Shown: positions 52,718-64,000 of the stretch, in pieces | Position numbering within the stretch: the first letter of the stretch is position 1 | How the letters are laid out: the number at the start of each line of letters is the position of its first letter | Assembly: GCF_006345805.1 (NCBI RefSeq) | Contig: NC_043023.1 | Span: forward strand, 18,414,001 to 18,478,000 | From: Octopus sinensis | Taxonomy: Eukaryota | DNA length: 64,000 nt | Reading direction: 5' to 3' | Notes under the pieces: model-generated | Databases searched by the model: none | What the model was told of the DNA's origin: nothing | Seen by the model: the letters and a program-made list of their open reading frames with translations, nothing else | Made by a program: the position numbers and the translations under genes

Positions 52718-54186
52718 CTGTAACATAAATTTCAGTTGATTAGAAATTGTGTAGAACAAGATCAGTGATAAAATGTCACGCATTGTGGATAAAGAACTGG
52801 ATGATGGAGAAACGGTAACTAGATTATAATGACGTTGAAGATCATGATGATGGACATGATGGTGGCGTTGTTAGTGGTAAATATTATATGAAGGAGGAGG
52901 AGGGGAAGGGGGGGAAGAGTGGAGGAGAAGGAAGAATGTGGTGATGGTGTTGATGACGATGATGTTATGATGCTAATGATGGGATTAATTACCTTGGTTG
53001 TAATTATTTCTGAGGGTGTTGTCGATTATGGTTCATGATACTGATGATGATGGTGATGGTGATGGTGTTATGATGATGAAGCAAACGATGATGTACTATA
53101 CGATATTGATGATTGAAATACAGATGGCAAAGACCCTGGGGACATTCATGATGACAAGAACGAGGACGATTAGGGTTAGGGTGAGGGTTAGGTCATGGCG
53201 TCGATGGTGGTGACATAAATAGTACAAGTATTCGATGAGCAGAAAAGAAAAAAAATAGTTGAAAGAGTAAGAAGGAGAAAAAGGAAAAGAAGTTGAAGAA
53301 GAATGAAGAGAAAAGAAGGAACAGAAGAAGAAGAAGAAGAAGAAGAAGGAGGAGGAGAAGGAGGAGGAGGAGGAGAAGAAGAAGAAGAAAAAGAAGAAGA
53401 AAAATAAGAAGAAAAAGAAGAAGAAGAAGAAGAAGAAGAACGAGGAGGAGGAGGAGGAGGAGAATAAGGAGAAGGAGAAAAAGGAGAAGAAGAAGAAGGA
53501 GAAGAAGAAGAAGAAGAAAAAGAAGAAGAAGAAGAGAAGAACAAGAACAAGAAGTAGAAGAAGAAGAAGAGGGAGAATGAATGAATGAATGAATGAATGA
53601 ATGAATGAATGAATGAATCACCCTCTTAGAATAGATTTTTCGTAGAAAACGATGAAAAAATAGACATTTTAGCAGGAATTTCAAACCTGATGAATGAAGT
53701 TTTAAATACAGAAATAGAAGCAAGAGTCAATTATAGTAATCAGTGTTAATCTAAAGATAAAAACAGTACATGACATACAGACAGAATTACAAACACATGT
53801 TAATACTGTTGCATACACGAATCTATACACAATATGTGTGTATGTGTGTGTGTGTGTGTGTGTGTGGAAATAGACACACACTTATATAGATCTCTATATA
53901 TGTATACACATGTACACATTTCCGTGTGTTGGCTCGCATGGAGGGCGGGCAGAAGTATGTAGAATTGGTGTGTGCACAGATGTTTGTGTTCATTATGAAT
54001 ACAATTACAGCAGTGACCTTCCTTGACAAATTGCAGCCCTTCTGTCTCTGGCCATCTTCGACTCCCTGCAGTTCCATATTTTTTCGAAGTTCTGCCTTTT
54101 TGGCGAAAAGTCGCGTTAGGATTTTAAAATCTTTAATTAGCACAGAATTTGAGTCAAATAGTTTTCATCCATATATATATATATGA

Positions 54187-54314
<128 letters not shown>

Positions 54315-54860
54315 TATTATTGGTGAATTGAAGAAATGGAGCTGAACGAAGATTGAACAGAAATCGTTTTATTTCATTCTACACGTGTTTCGAAAGGCAC
54401 AATTTACCAAAATCCGATTGAATAATGAGACCATATTGTGTCTTTATCTTCAGGAAGAAATAGGAAATCCGTTGGAAAAAACAAAAACAGAACAGAGGCG
54501 GAGCAAAACAAATCGAACTAGGCTCCTAAGAGCCCATGGCAAAACTGTTTATCAGTGTATGTTGAGAACCGGGGGTTGAAGATTTTAACGGGTCAGGCAG
54601 CGGTCATTCCTGTGGGTGCACAGGAATGACCGCTGCCATGGGCTCTTAGGAGCCTAGTTCGATTTGTTTTGCTCCGCTTCTGTTCTGTTTTTGTTTTTTC
54701 CAACGGATTTCCTATTTCTTCCTGAAGAGAAAGACACAATATGGTCTCATTATTCAATCGGATTTTGGTAAATTGTGCCTTTCGAAACACGTGTAGAATG
54801 AAATAAAACGATTTCTGTTCAATCTTCGTTTAGCTCCATTTCTTCAATTCACCAATAATA
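54315..54860. mobile_element. Fold-back MITE-like element with ~226-bp TIRs and an internal perfect hairpin
   Basis: 54315-54540 is a near-perfect reverse complement of 54635-54860. An 18-bp perfect hairpin lies at 54597-54636. Confidence 0.85.
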
Positions 54861-55009
54861 TTAAAATTCAATTATCCGCACCAACGCACGGTTGCAACAC
54901 CATATGTTCGTACCTCCAACCGTGCTGTCTTCTGCTGTGATTTTTGCTACCAAGGTATCGGCTAAACTTTGATTAATCTGCTACAAGATTATTCATCTTT
55001 CTATTTCAC

Positions 55010-55071
<62 letters not shown>

Positions 55072-55679
55072 ATGTTTCCCAGCTCTGATCGCCCAAATCT
55101 GATTAGCAAATGACCGACAATTCGCGTTCCATCACTAGTATAAATTGTCCATCCCACAGTATAATCGTACAAAATCAGTCACGTCATCCATGAAGATTAC
55201 TTCTCATTAGAATGGATTATAGATCCATGCTTGCTTTTCTTTTTATAGAACTAGAGATCAATATTTCGATTTCGAGCAGTACCATTTAAAATTACATTTA
55301 TCAGAATAGTTCTTCCATTTTATACAGTCAGTCATAACAAAAATATATACAGCTGGTTTTGCTAAGACCAACAGTTTTCATATTTTCCATTCCTGGAATA
55401 TTGCCATAAAGAATTTTGATGTGATAACTAACATCATCAAAGTTCAGATATTGGTCTCACCCTATCTTTCTGTGCAATACTGTAAAATATAGATTCCATA
55501 TAAGTTAATATGTACATGGAAATAGTCTACTTGACTTCGCGGTGGGTAACGTATTTACTACAACATAACACCATGTTTTAAACCTGAAATCAACACCTCA
55601 AGGTATTAGTTAAGAATATAATCAACAAGAAATTAAAGCATTGAATGTGGAAAATATACAGAAATGTTCCAAAACTTAC

Positions 55680-55855
55680 AGATATTCAATATTCGGTGGA
55701 ATGGGTCGTGGGACCGAAGTCAGGTTGCGAGATGAACAATTTATTCTATTTCCCTGACAACTGCATTTAATGCAAATGTCCAATGCAGCACGAGATTCCA
55801 AAAATAATCTCAAAAAGAGTACCAACACAAAGGTCGATTTAAGTTGATGAAACAT
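55680..55855 (-). CDS. First coding exon of a multi-exon LRR protein: signal peptide + LRR N-terminal cap (LRRNT)
   Basis: Minus strand reads MFHQLKSTFVLVLFLRLFLESRAALDICIKCSCQGNRINCSSRNLTSVPRPIPPNIEY+CT|gtaagt (176 nt, ends phase 2). Hydrophobic leader is followed by CxxCxC-x5-C...LTSVP..IP (LRRNT). Upstream acceptor ttctttaacag gives an exon 5' edge at 55873. Confidence 0.9.
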
Positions 55856-56106
55856 TTTCAGACGTAGATTAATCTGTTAAAGAAGAAAATACAAAATATC
55901 AGAAACTTCAGAGTTATTTTTTTTGTGGCTTCTTCGAAGGACAAAGATTGCCTCCTCTTCCATGAGATGAATTTAGCTTTCATTTCTCTTATTTCCAGTT
56001 TGATATTGAAACATCAAAAACTTAATTCAATGATAATTCAATGTGGAGAACATAATTATAAATTATAGCTTTAATGAGTGGTAATGTCGAATAAAAACTG
56101 AACATA

Positions 56107-56294
56107 GGCGCAGGAGTGGCTGTGTGGTAAGTAGCTTGCTAACCAACCACATGGTTCCGGGTTCAGTCCCACTGCGTGGCATCTTGGGCAAGTTTCTTCT
56201 GCTATAGCCCCGGGCCGACCAATGCCTTGTGAGTGGATTTGGTAGACGGAAACTGAAAGAAGCCTGTCGTATATATGTATGTATGTATATGTGT

Positions 56295-56331
<37 letters not shown>

Positions 56332-56535
56332 TGTGTCTGTGTTTGTCCCCCGAGCATTTCTTGACAACAGATGCTGGTGTGTTTACGTCCCCGTCACTGA
56401 GCGGTTCGGCAAAAGAGACCGATAGAATAAGTGCTAGGCTTACAAAGAATATGTCCCGGGGTCGATTTGCTCGACAAAAGGCGGTGCTCCAGCATGGCCG
56501 CAGTCAAATGACTGAAACAAGTAAAAGAGTAAAGA
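56107..56535 (+). mobile_element. SINE family 1, full length (another at 57474-57890)
   Basis: ggcgcaggagtggctgtgtggtaagtagcttgctaaccaaccacatggttccgggttcagtccc...gactgaaacaagtaaaagag. Confidence 0.9.
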
Positions 56536-59490
56536 GAGTATCAATCGCCCTTGCACACACATACACAAATAGAAACATACACACATACACACATACACAC
56601 ATACACACATAAACACACACACACTTATATATGTACATGTGTGTGTGTGTGTGTGTAATGTTCTTGCTATTTTTGTTGTTTTTGCTTTCCATCAACATTT
56701 CGTCTCCCTTCCGAATCCCTTGGGATATTTTATGAAGTTACTGTCCAACTCCTCACGAAGTTACTGTCAAACAACATCACACTCATCTTTCTGCCCTCAA
56801 TTAAAGAAACTGAAGCCACAACCACAACATCCCCATGAATGGCTGAGGGCTCCTACAGAGGAGCATCGGCAGCGGAAATGCTTACTCCTTGCTCTCACTG
56901 GAGCTCAGGCTCTTCCCAAACTTCCTGCTCTCCAAACCAACAACAACAACAATAACAAAAACCTAAATAGTTCTTTCTACAAGACTTGCTCGTCCCCCAC
57001 CGATGCCTTGAAAGTGATTTGGAGGGGAAAATATCAGGTCAAAAGGTGCCAAATAATCTCCAAAAGGAGAGCGAAAACGGAGTGGGGTACAGAGAGTAAC
57101 TTCGAATATACAACACTTCAACAGAACACTTCTCAATAGCTCCAACAACAACAACAACAACATTCCCAACAACAAAAACAAGTGCAACATCAATAACGGT
57201 AACAGCATTATCAATATCAGTAAGAACCATATAAACTCTGCAAAAACCAAAACTGAAACTATTAAAACAAGAATTTAAACTGTATACTAAACGTATCCAT
57301 CAACTTTCCTATTGTGAACTAAAACAAGTTGATAGACTCCTTAATTGAAGATACAAATAAAACCGAGGCGGAGTAGTGAGGGAATTTGAGAATTTCATCG
57401 TCAAATCCGCAAGGGACAAACTGTTAATTAAAACCTTTCCGAATTTTACAAAATAATACAAGAAAAATTCTCAGGCGCAGGAGTTGGCTGTGTGGTAAGT
57501 AGCTTGCTTACCAACCACATGGTTCTGGGTTCAGTCCAACTGTATGGCACCTTGGGCAAGTGTCTTCTATAGCTTCAGGCCGACCAAATCCTTGTGAGTG
57601 GATTTGATAGACGGAAACTGAAAGAAGCCCGTCATATATATGTATATATATATTTATATATATGTGTGTGTATATGTTTGTGTGTTTGTGTTTGTCACCC
57701 CCTCTAACATCGCTTGACAACCGATGCTGGTGTGTTTACGTCCCCGTAACTTAGCGGTTCGGCAAAAGAGACCGTTAGAATGAGTACTAGGCTTCCAAAA
57801 AATAAGTCCTGGGGTCGATTTGCTCGACTAAAGGTGGTGCTCCAGCATGGCCACACTCAAATGCCTGAAACAAATAAAAGAGTAAAGAGTTAATGTGGGG
57901 ATTTAAAATAAATTATAAATAAATGTCTCTTAGAAGGGCCATCTAAGAAACATTCGCGCGAAGGGGGCCCAGAAATCTGGGCTTCTCGAAAATGAAAATG
58001 TTCTCCTTTTTATTTTCTTCGACTAGCATGTCTGTGCTGAAAGTGGGGTATGAGGATGCACAAGACAGGGGACAGCTAGGGAGCAGGTCGCTTGCTCATT
58101 GGCCCCTCAGATGCGGCCGCCATCAATGGGACAAGAATTCCAGAAAGCATGGATTAGCATCCGTTTTCGAAAACTATTAGAATTAAAACTTAAAATTTAT
58201 TGCTATCAAATATTTATATTTACCACAGATAATAACGAAGTGTGTGAGGTCAAGCGAAAGAGCTTACATGTTTATTTGAACGCCACATGTTGAATTGCAA
58301 AATTATAATGTGATAGGAAATCAAACCTGGAGTGCGTGTGTGCGTGTGTTTATATAACAGCGACAGTGTGTAAATGTGTGTGTATAAAAGAGGGAGAGAG
58401 AGAGAGGGGGAGATATAACATTGCAAAGAATGTATGCAATAAACATGAAATATTGAAATATGTAAACTTGAAATAGCCAATATAAAAGAAAGTTTAGAAA
58501 ATAAATTTTCTTGGAAACTTCAGTTTATAAAAAGCCTCACTTGCTTAGTAAATATTTCTTTTAGTAACTTATCGTAGTGTTCTGCAAAGAGAAAATTAAA
58601 ACTTGGAAGGAAAACATTAAAATAGTGATTGACAGACTTTGCAAATGAAAGCGGAAAATTTCGCCTGCAACGAATTAATATTGTTTATTAAACAGAATCA
58701 GGGGGACTCAGATTCATTCGAGTTATAAACTCAACAATTTAACACAGTACTATATAAGATACACACACACACATACACACACATATGTATCTGGTGCTAG
58801 AGGGGCAAATGAATGCAGGATTAGAGAGAGGTGATTATGAGGTTAGTGGTGGTGATGATGGTGCCTGTGTTAGGCGTGTGTACCTAGCAGTAGTTGCTCC
58901 GTCAATATTAGAAAATGAAAAACGGTTTGAAAGAAGTGAATCATATATATAAAGCAATATCATTTATTTTTTTTTTAAATAGTACAAAGAAGAGCCCATT
59001 ATATACATCCGAAGTCAAATTATTCATGCACCCCAGGTATGGAACCAATTCGCGTAGCCGTTTTCGCGGGAAAAGCAAATATACACACACACAGGTCTGT
59101 TTCATATATAAGACATATACATGTATCTATCTATATACATTCACACACACGCACAGGTATGTATGTATAATATTAATAAAGACGACGGTGAAAACGATGA
59201 TGATGAAGATGACGATGTTAATCACGGTGATGATTGCCATCACTTCGCAGAAGTGTGTTACTCATTCTCCGTTTGAACTGCGAGGTATTGTAGTAGAAGA
59301 GGCATCCAAATCAGCGATAAGATGTTAAAGTATGTTTTAAATGCTAAGTCGAATGGAACAACATACTTTGGTCTTGAAATACGTTACTTTTCTAAAAACA
59401 TTTCATACAGCTCTTTGTCTGTCTTTCTCTATCTCTCTTTCTCTCTTTCTCACTCTCTGGGCACTCAGGAAATCATACACACGTACATTC

Positions 59491-59550
<60 letters not shown>

Positions 59551-59615
59551 AGTGTGTGTGTATATATATATATATATATGTATGTATATATATATATACA
59601 TATATATATATATAC

Positions 59616-59684
<69 letters not shown>

Positions 59685-59975
59685 CGTGACCGTCCAGGCT
59701 ATCAGATGTTGCTACACATCGCTGGTCACAATGCGCTTCACATTGTCTTAGCCGTCAAATGACGCCACCGCGCTGGCTAAGCGCGCAGGCCAACAGAAGA
59801 AAGAGTGAGAGAAATTTGTGGCGAAAGGGTACACAGGGATCGCCACAAACTCCTGCTGGAGCCTCATGCAGCTTTAAGTGTTTTCGCTCAATAAACACTC
59901 ACAATGTCTGGTCTGGGAATCGACACGGTGATCCTACAACCGCGAGTCCGCTGCCTTAACCACTGGGCCATTGCG

Positions 59976-60063
<88 letters not shown>

Positions 60064-60841
60064 CATATATATATATATATATACTAAGAACCTATTGGAC
60101 GGTAGAAACCATAAATACTCATATATGAGGGGTGGGGGAATTGAACCCCCTTCCACATTCTAGCAACGAAACCAACACAGTAATTTGAACAACTACCCTC
60201 GCGGCAACTCAGGGGTTCGGTGCGTGTCTGAAATTTGAGCACTGAACCCACTCGGACCCTTACTATTTATACTTTACTGGGGTTAGGCTACCTCTCGCAA
60301 GGGGGCGTCGTAACTCTCATCAAAACAGGGGGAAGACATTTCGAAGAGTACTTCATAAGGATCAGGCTGATATCGAAATTTAAGTCAAATTCTGGGAACA
60401 TTATAAAGATAATTAATTCAAGGGCCTTTATCAATTGTGAGATATGTGGCAGTCCTGAGAAAGGATCGGATCGAAAATCTCTGAAAATAATGACAATGCT
60501 TTTCATAAAAGGGCAAACGTGGACAGGCTGTAGATGAAATGTAAAAATAGGGGGTTCTGTGAAGATGGTAGTGAAAAGTCTAAATCAGTTAATTAAGGAA
60601 AACTCTGAAAAATTGCTAGGAGCAGTAAGGAGTGTAAACATAATAAAAGAAGCTCAAACAAAAGTTGAAGTACTTGAAACGAGAAAGTAAGGATATATGG
60701 ATAAACCTTTACACAGTTTATGAAGAATGCTGAGGCAGAGACGCGTGGAATTGGTTGAAAACGGGAATTCTAAATAAAGAGATAGAAGGATTCACCTTCT
60801 TCCTTTTCCATGGCCAGGCTATTTCGTACTGAAGGGGATTG

Positions 60842-60914
<73 letters not shown>
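60842..60914. repeat. (TATC)n microsatellite; second tract at 63531-63660
   Basis: Pure ATCT runs flanking the Tx1-type elements. Confidence 0.95.
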
Positions 60915-63528
60915 CAGTGCCTACCTACACAGCCTACCACGACTCTCGACAAGAGAGGCAGGGTGCTGTGAAGGTGCCATCACGGCGGCGGAAGTGCAGG
61001 ACGCGATGGCAGAATGGTCGAGGGACAAATCAACGGGTTTGGATGGTCTACCCTACGAGCTTTACAATTGTATGCCAGACTTGTTTGCAGATGTCTTGGC
61101 GGCGGTGTACTGCAACTGGCAGCAAAACGGGAGCATTCCTGGTTTTGTGAGCCGAGGAGCCGTAACACTGCTGAAGAAAGATCTAAACAAGAGAAATGTA
61201 ATATATAAATTTAGGCCCATCACTCTTGCTTAATGCAGACTTGAAAATTTTGGCCAAGGTGCTAGCCAAGAGGTTGGCGCTTGTCATCGAGAAACTGGTC
61301 GACAATGCGCAAACATGCGCCGTGCCGGGTCGGACCATCCATGACAACCTCCACCTGATGCGCTACATCATAGACAGGGTAGTTAACGAACCTGGCATGG
61401 GTGGGGCGCTGATCAATTTGGATCAATCGAAAGCTTTCGATAGGGTGGACCATCACTACTTGGAGGCAGTCCTCAGAGCGGCTGGCTTCGGTCCCGTCTT
61501 CCGCGGCTGGATAGCCGCTTTGTACAGAGGCATCCGTTCGGTAATTCGCGTAAATGGACATCTATCGAGACCCTACGACATCGCACGTTCGGTCCGTCAG
61601 GGATGCCCCCTCTCGTCGCTTCTATACGTATTGACTCTCGAGCCATTTTTGCGGAAGCTGGCAACTTTGAGGGGCATCCCGCGAGAACTGGGATGCGGGA
61701 CGAGCGTGTCTGCATACGCGGACGACGTCAACGGCATAGTATCTAGCCACGAGCACATCGAGCAGGTCGGCGAGACACTGAAAAATTACGAAGCGGTGAC
61801 ATGAGCGAAAATCAACCGGGAAAAGTCAGTGGGCTTACGACTAGGCACCTGGGGAAGCAAGCCCATGCCGTCCACCAGCGCCTCCGTCGTGGGAAGCTAG
61901 ACCGACGGCCCGGTTGAGTTGCTCGGGGTCTAGTTTGGTCCGGACCTCCAAGTGTAGAAGAACTGGAACGAGATAACGAGTAGGGTGGTCACTCTCGCCC
62001 GGCAATGGGCCGAGAGGAAACTGTCCCTAAAAGGTCGGGCGGAGGTGGCGAACACGTATATCGCGTCCGTCATCTACTACCGCCTGACCGACGTGCCTTG
62101 TCCCGACCCTACCATCACCAAACTAGAACGCATTCTCTTTCGCTTCTTGTGGAAAGGATGCGTCCCGATTGTCAGGCGATCCATTTGCTGTCAACACCCG
62201 TTAGAAGGAGGACTGGGCATGCCGTGGTTGATGATGCGAAGACACGCGCTGAGACTGCGACATCTCAGGCTCTTCGTAGACGACGGTGAACAGGTGTGGT
62301 CGCCGTTTGTGAGGCACGCTTTCCCGCAGCTCGTCTCCATGACCGAACTGCAGTCGTGGATCAAAAAGAGGCCGAGGAAGGGCGAATGGCACCGCGAGTG
62401 TCCCGTTGCTCTCAAGCAACTCTGCCGTCCCGGGTCGACCTTGAGTGACTTCATCACAACCAAAGCATTCTATAGGGGATTAGTGGAGGGGAGGTACGAC
62501 GACGAGGTCGGGGCGAACCTGGACGTCGACGAGGAGTACCTGACCCACCTGTTCGAGACGACTTTCGGGCCAGGGCCCATGGACAACTTCCAGAGATCCT
62601 TGGCCTGGCAGTGCTACCGAGAAGCGCTACCCGCTCGGGATAAGCTCTACAGACACGGCTCGATAAACACGGGGCCGACCTGCCCGAGACGAAACCGTTC
62701 TGCATGCACTCGTGCAGTGTCCAACAATTTGCGACCTGTGGGATAATGTCGAACAACTGCTGTCACGTGTGGGACGAGTCGGTTTATCAGCTGAGTCTAT
62801 CGTCAATATTGTCACGCCTCCTTCCTTCAAACGGGAAGGAAGAGCTATTTTCATCATCCTTGTGGCTATGGCGAAAGAATGTATCTGGTGGACGCGTCTG
62901 AAAGGATTAGAGACAAACACTTTCCTCTCTGGTCAATTTCTCATCAACTTCTTCAAGTACCACTTGAAAAGGAAAGTGAGAGTAGAGAGGCAAGTTTTGT
63001 CTAGCGAATGTTTTAAAAAAAGATGGGTGAATGTAGCAAGGATGGCACGTATGAATGACGAAGCCACCTTGAGCATAATCCTATGAACCCAGAAATTGAA
63101 AACAGTGGGTTACCCACTTGCAAACAAATGTGGTAACATATAACAATATTGGCCAAGGTTACCGTGGTCTTTTTCGTAGGCTTTTCTTCCCACAGATAAA
63201 CCTTACTTGATTTCCACTTTACATCATATATCATAACACTGTGATACACGATCCCTATTGATCGTTTTTTTTCCGCTTCCCTTTTTTCCCCCTTTTCCTT
63301 CTTTTTTCATTTCTCTTTCCTTTTGTTCCTTTTCCTTTTCCTCTTTTTTTAATTTTTAATTTTTCTTATTTTTTTCCCTTTTACGATCCCTTTAGATCGA
63401 AAACCTACGCCACATTTTTTTGTTTCTTTTGTTTTTTTGTTTTTTTGTTTTTTTCATCCCCCAAAAGAAAAGCTCTACCTTGTAACTTGTCTCATCTGTG
63501 TGCAGCGCTGTGTGGCCAATAAAGAAAC

Positions 63529-63530
<2 letters not shown>
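60915..63530 (+). mobile_element. 5'-truncated L1/Tx1-clade ORF2 (RT + C-terminal region), disrupted
   Basis: GLDGLPYELY; FRPITL; NADLKILAKVLAKRL; LDQSKAFDRVDH; VRQGCPLS; YADDV; RKLSLKGRAEVAN. Several stops and frameshifts; AATAAA at 63518-63523. Confidence 0.9.
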
Positions 63531-63582
<52 letters not shown>

Positions 63583-63627
63583 GTCTGTCTATCTATCTAT
63601 ATATCTATCTATCTATCTATCTGTCTG

Positions 63628-63660
<33 letters not shown>

Positions 63661-63661
<1 letters not shown>

Positions 63662-64000
63662 GATAGAAGGTTGCGTCGTCAGAGCTAAAATGCGTGCCTT
63701 AAGGAACGAAGGGATCGAAGCTACGCGAGAGGCCCGGGTAGCAGAGGCGCTTCGTGGCAACAGATCAACCATTCGGTCTCTAATAGATCAACAGGGATGC
63801 AGTTTACTCGAACCCGAAAGGATGTGTGAGGCCTTTCAACAGCACTTTGCTCGACTGTTTGGTGCGAGTGGTGGGTCGGAACACGGGATGGATTTCAGTG
63901 CCTACCTGACCGACCTGCCGCGGCTCTCGGCAAGAGAAGCGGAGTGTTGTGAAAGTCCCATCACAGCCGCTGACGTGTGGGATGCGATGGCGGGCTGAGC
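63661..64000 (+). mobile_element. Second 5'-truncated copy of the same Tx1-type family (runs off the window)
   Basis: [11 protein letters not shown]...MDFSAYLTDLPRLSAREAECCESPITAADVWDAMA overlaps the start of the first copy (SAYLHSLPRLSTREAGCCEGAITAAEVQDAMA). Confidence 0.85.

Noticed and set aside
53823-54143. ORF with MELQGVEDGQRQKGCNLSRK as a host exon
   Set aside because: Purine-rich acceptor context, no LRR motif, and not needed to join the LRRNT exon to LRR exon 1 in frame.
55448-55480. Small cag...gtgag segment as an extra LRR exon
   Set aside because: Only about 19 nt between the sites, and no LRR pattern.
56639-57300. 166-aa plus-strand ORF
   Set aside because: Low-complexity (AAC)n content and no recognisable domain; probably a degraded repeat.
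60120-60830. Possible LINE ORF1 (PHD-like CEICG) remnant
   Set aside because: Only a four-residue hint in broken frames; not supportable.

Overview
AT-rich, microsatellite-dense animal genomic DNA. The tRNA-derived SINE families and Penelope/RTE/Tx1 content point to an octopus (cephalopod) genome; this is inference. The main feature is a minus-strand gene that the ORF track misses because all its exons are short. It has a signal peptide + LRRNT exon (55680-55855), 13 phase-2/phase-2 leucine-rich-repeat (LRR) exons of about 72 nt spread over 52.7-14.2 kb, and an LRRCT exon (7017-7186). The LRR exons were multiplied by nested tandem duplication of exon-plus-intron units. Paralogous exons differ mainly at the concave-face x positions of LxxLxLxxN, which resembles a diversifying recognition receptor. 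Seven cassettes are intact 72-mers and six carry 1-3 nt deletions (assembly error or dead cassettes). The introns carry Penelope fragments with minimal hammerhead ribozymes, two RTE LINEs, two Helitrons, Tc1/mariner remnants, fold-back elements, SINEs and an ORF1-only L1/Tx1-type element. Upstream of the gene, two Tx1-type ORF2 copies are embedded in (TATC)n tracts. All translations and alignments were done by eye, and boundaries of degenerate repeats are approximate.
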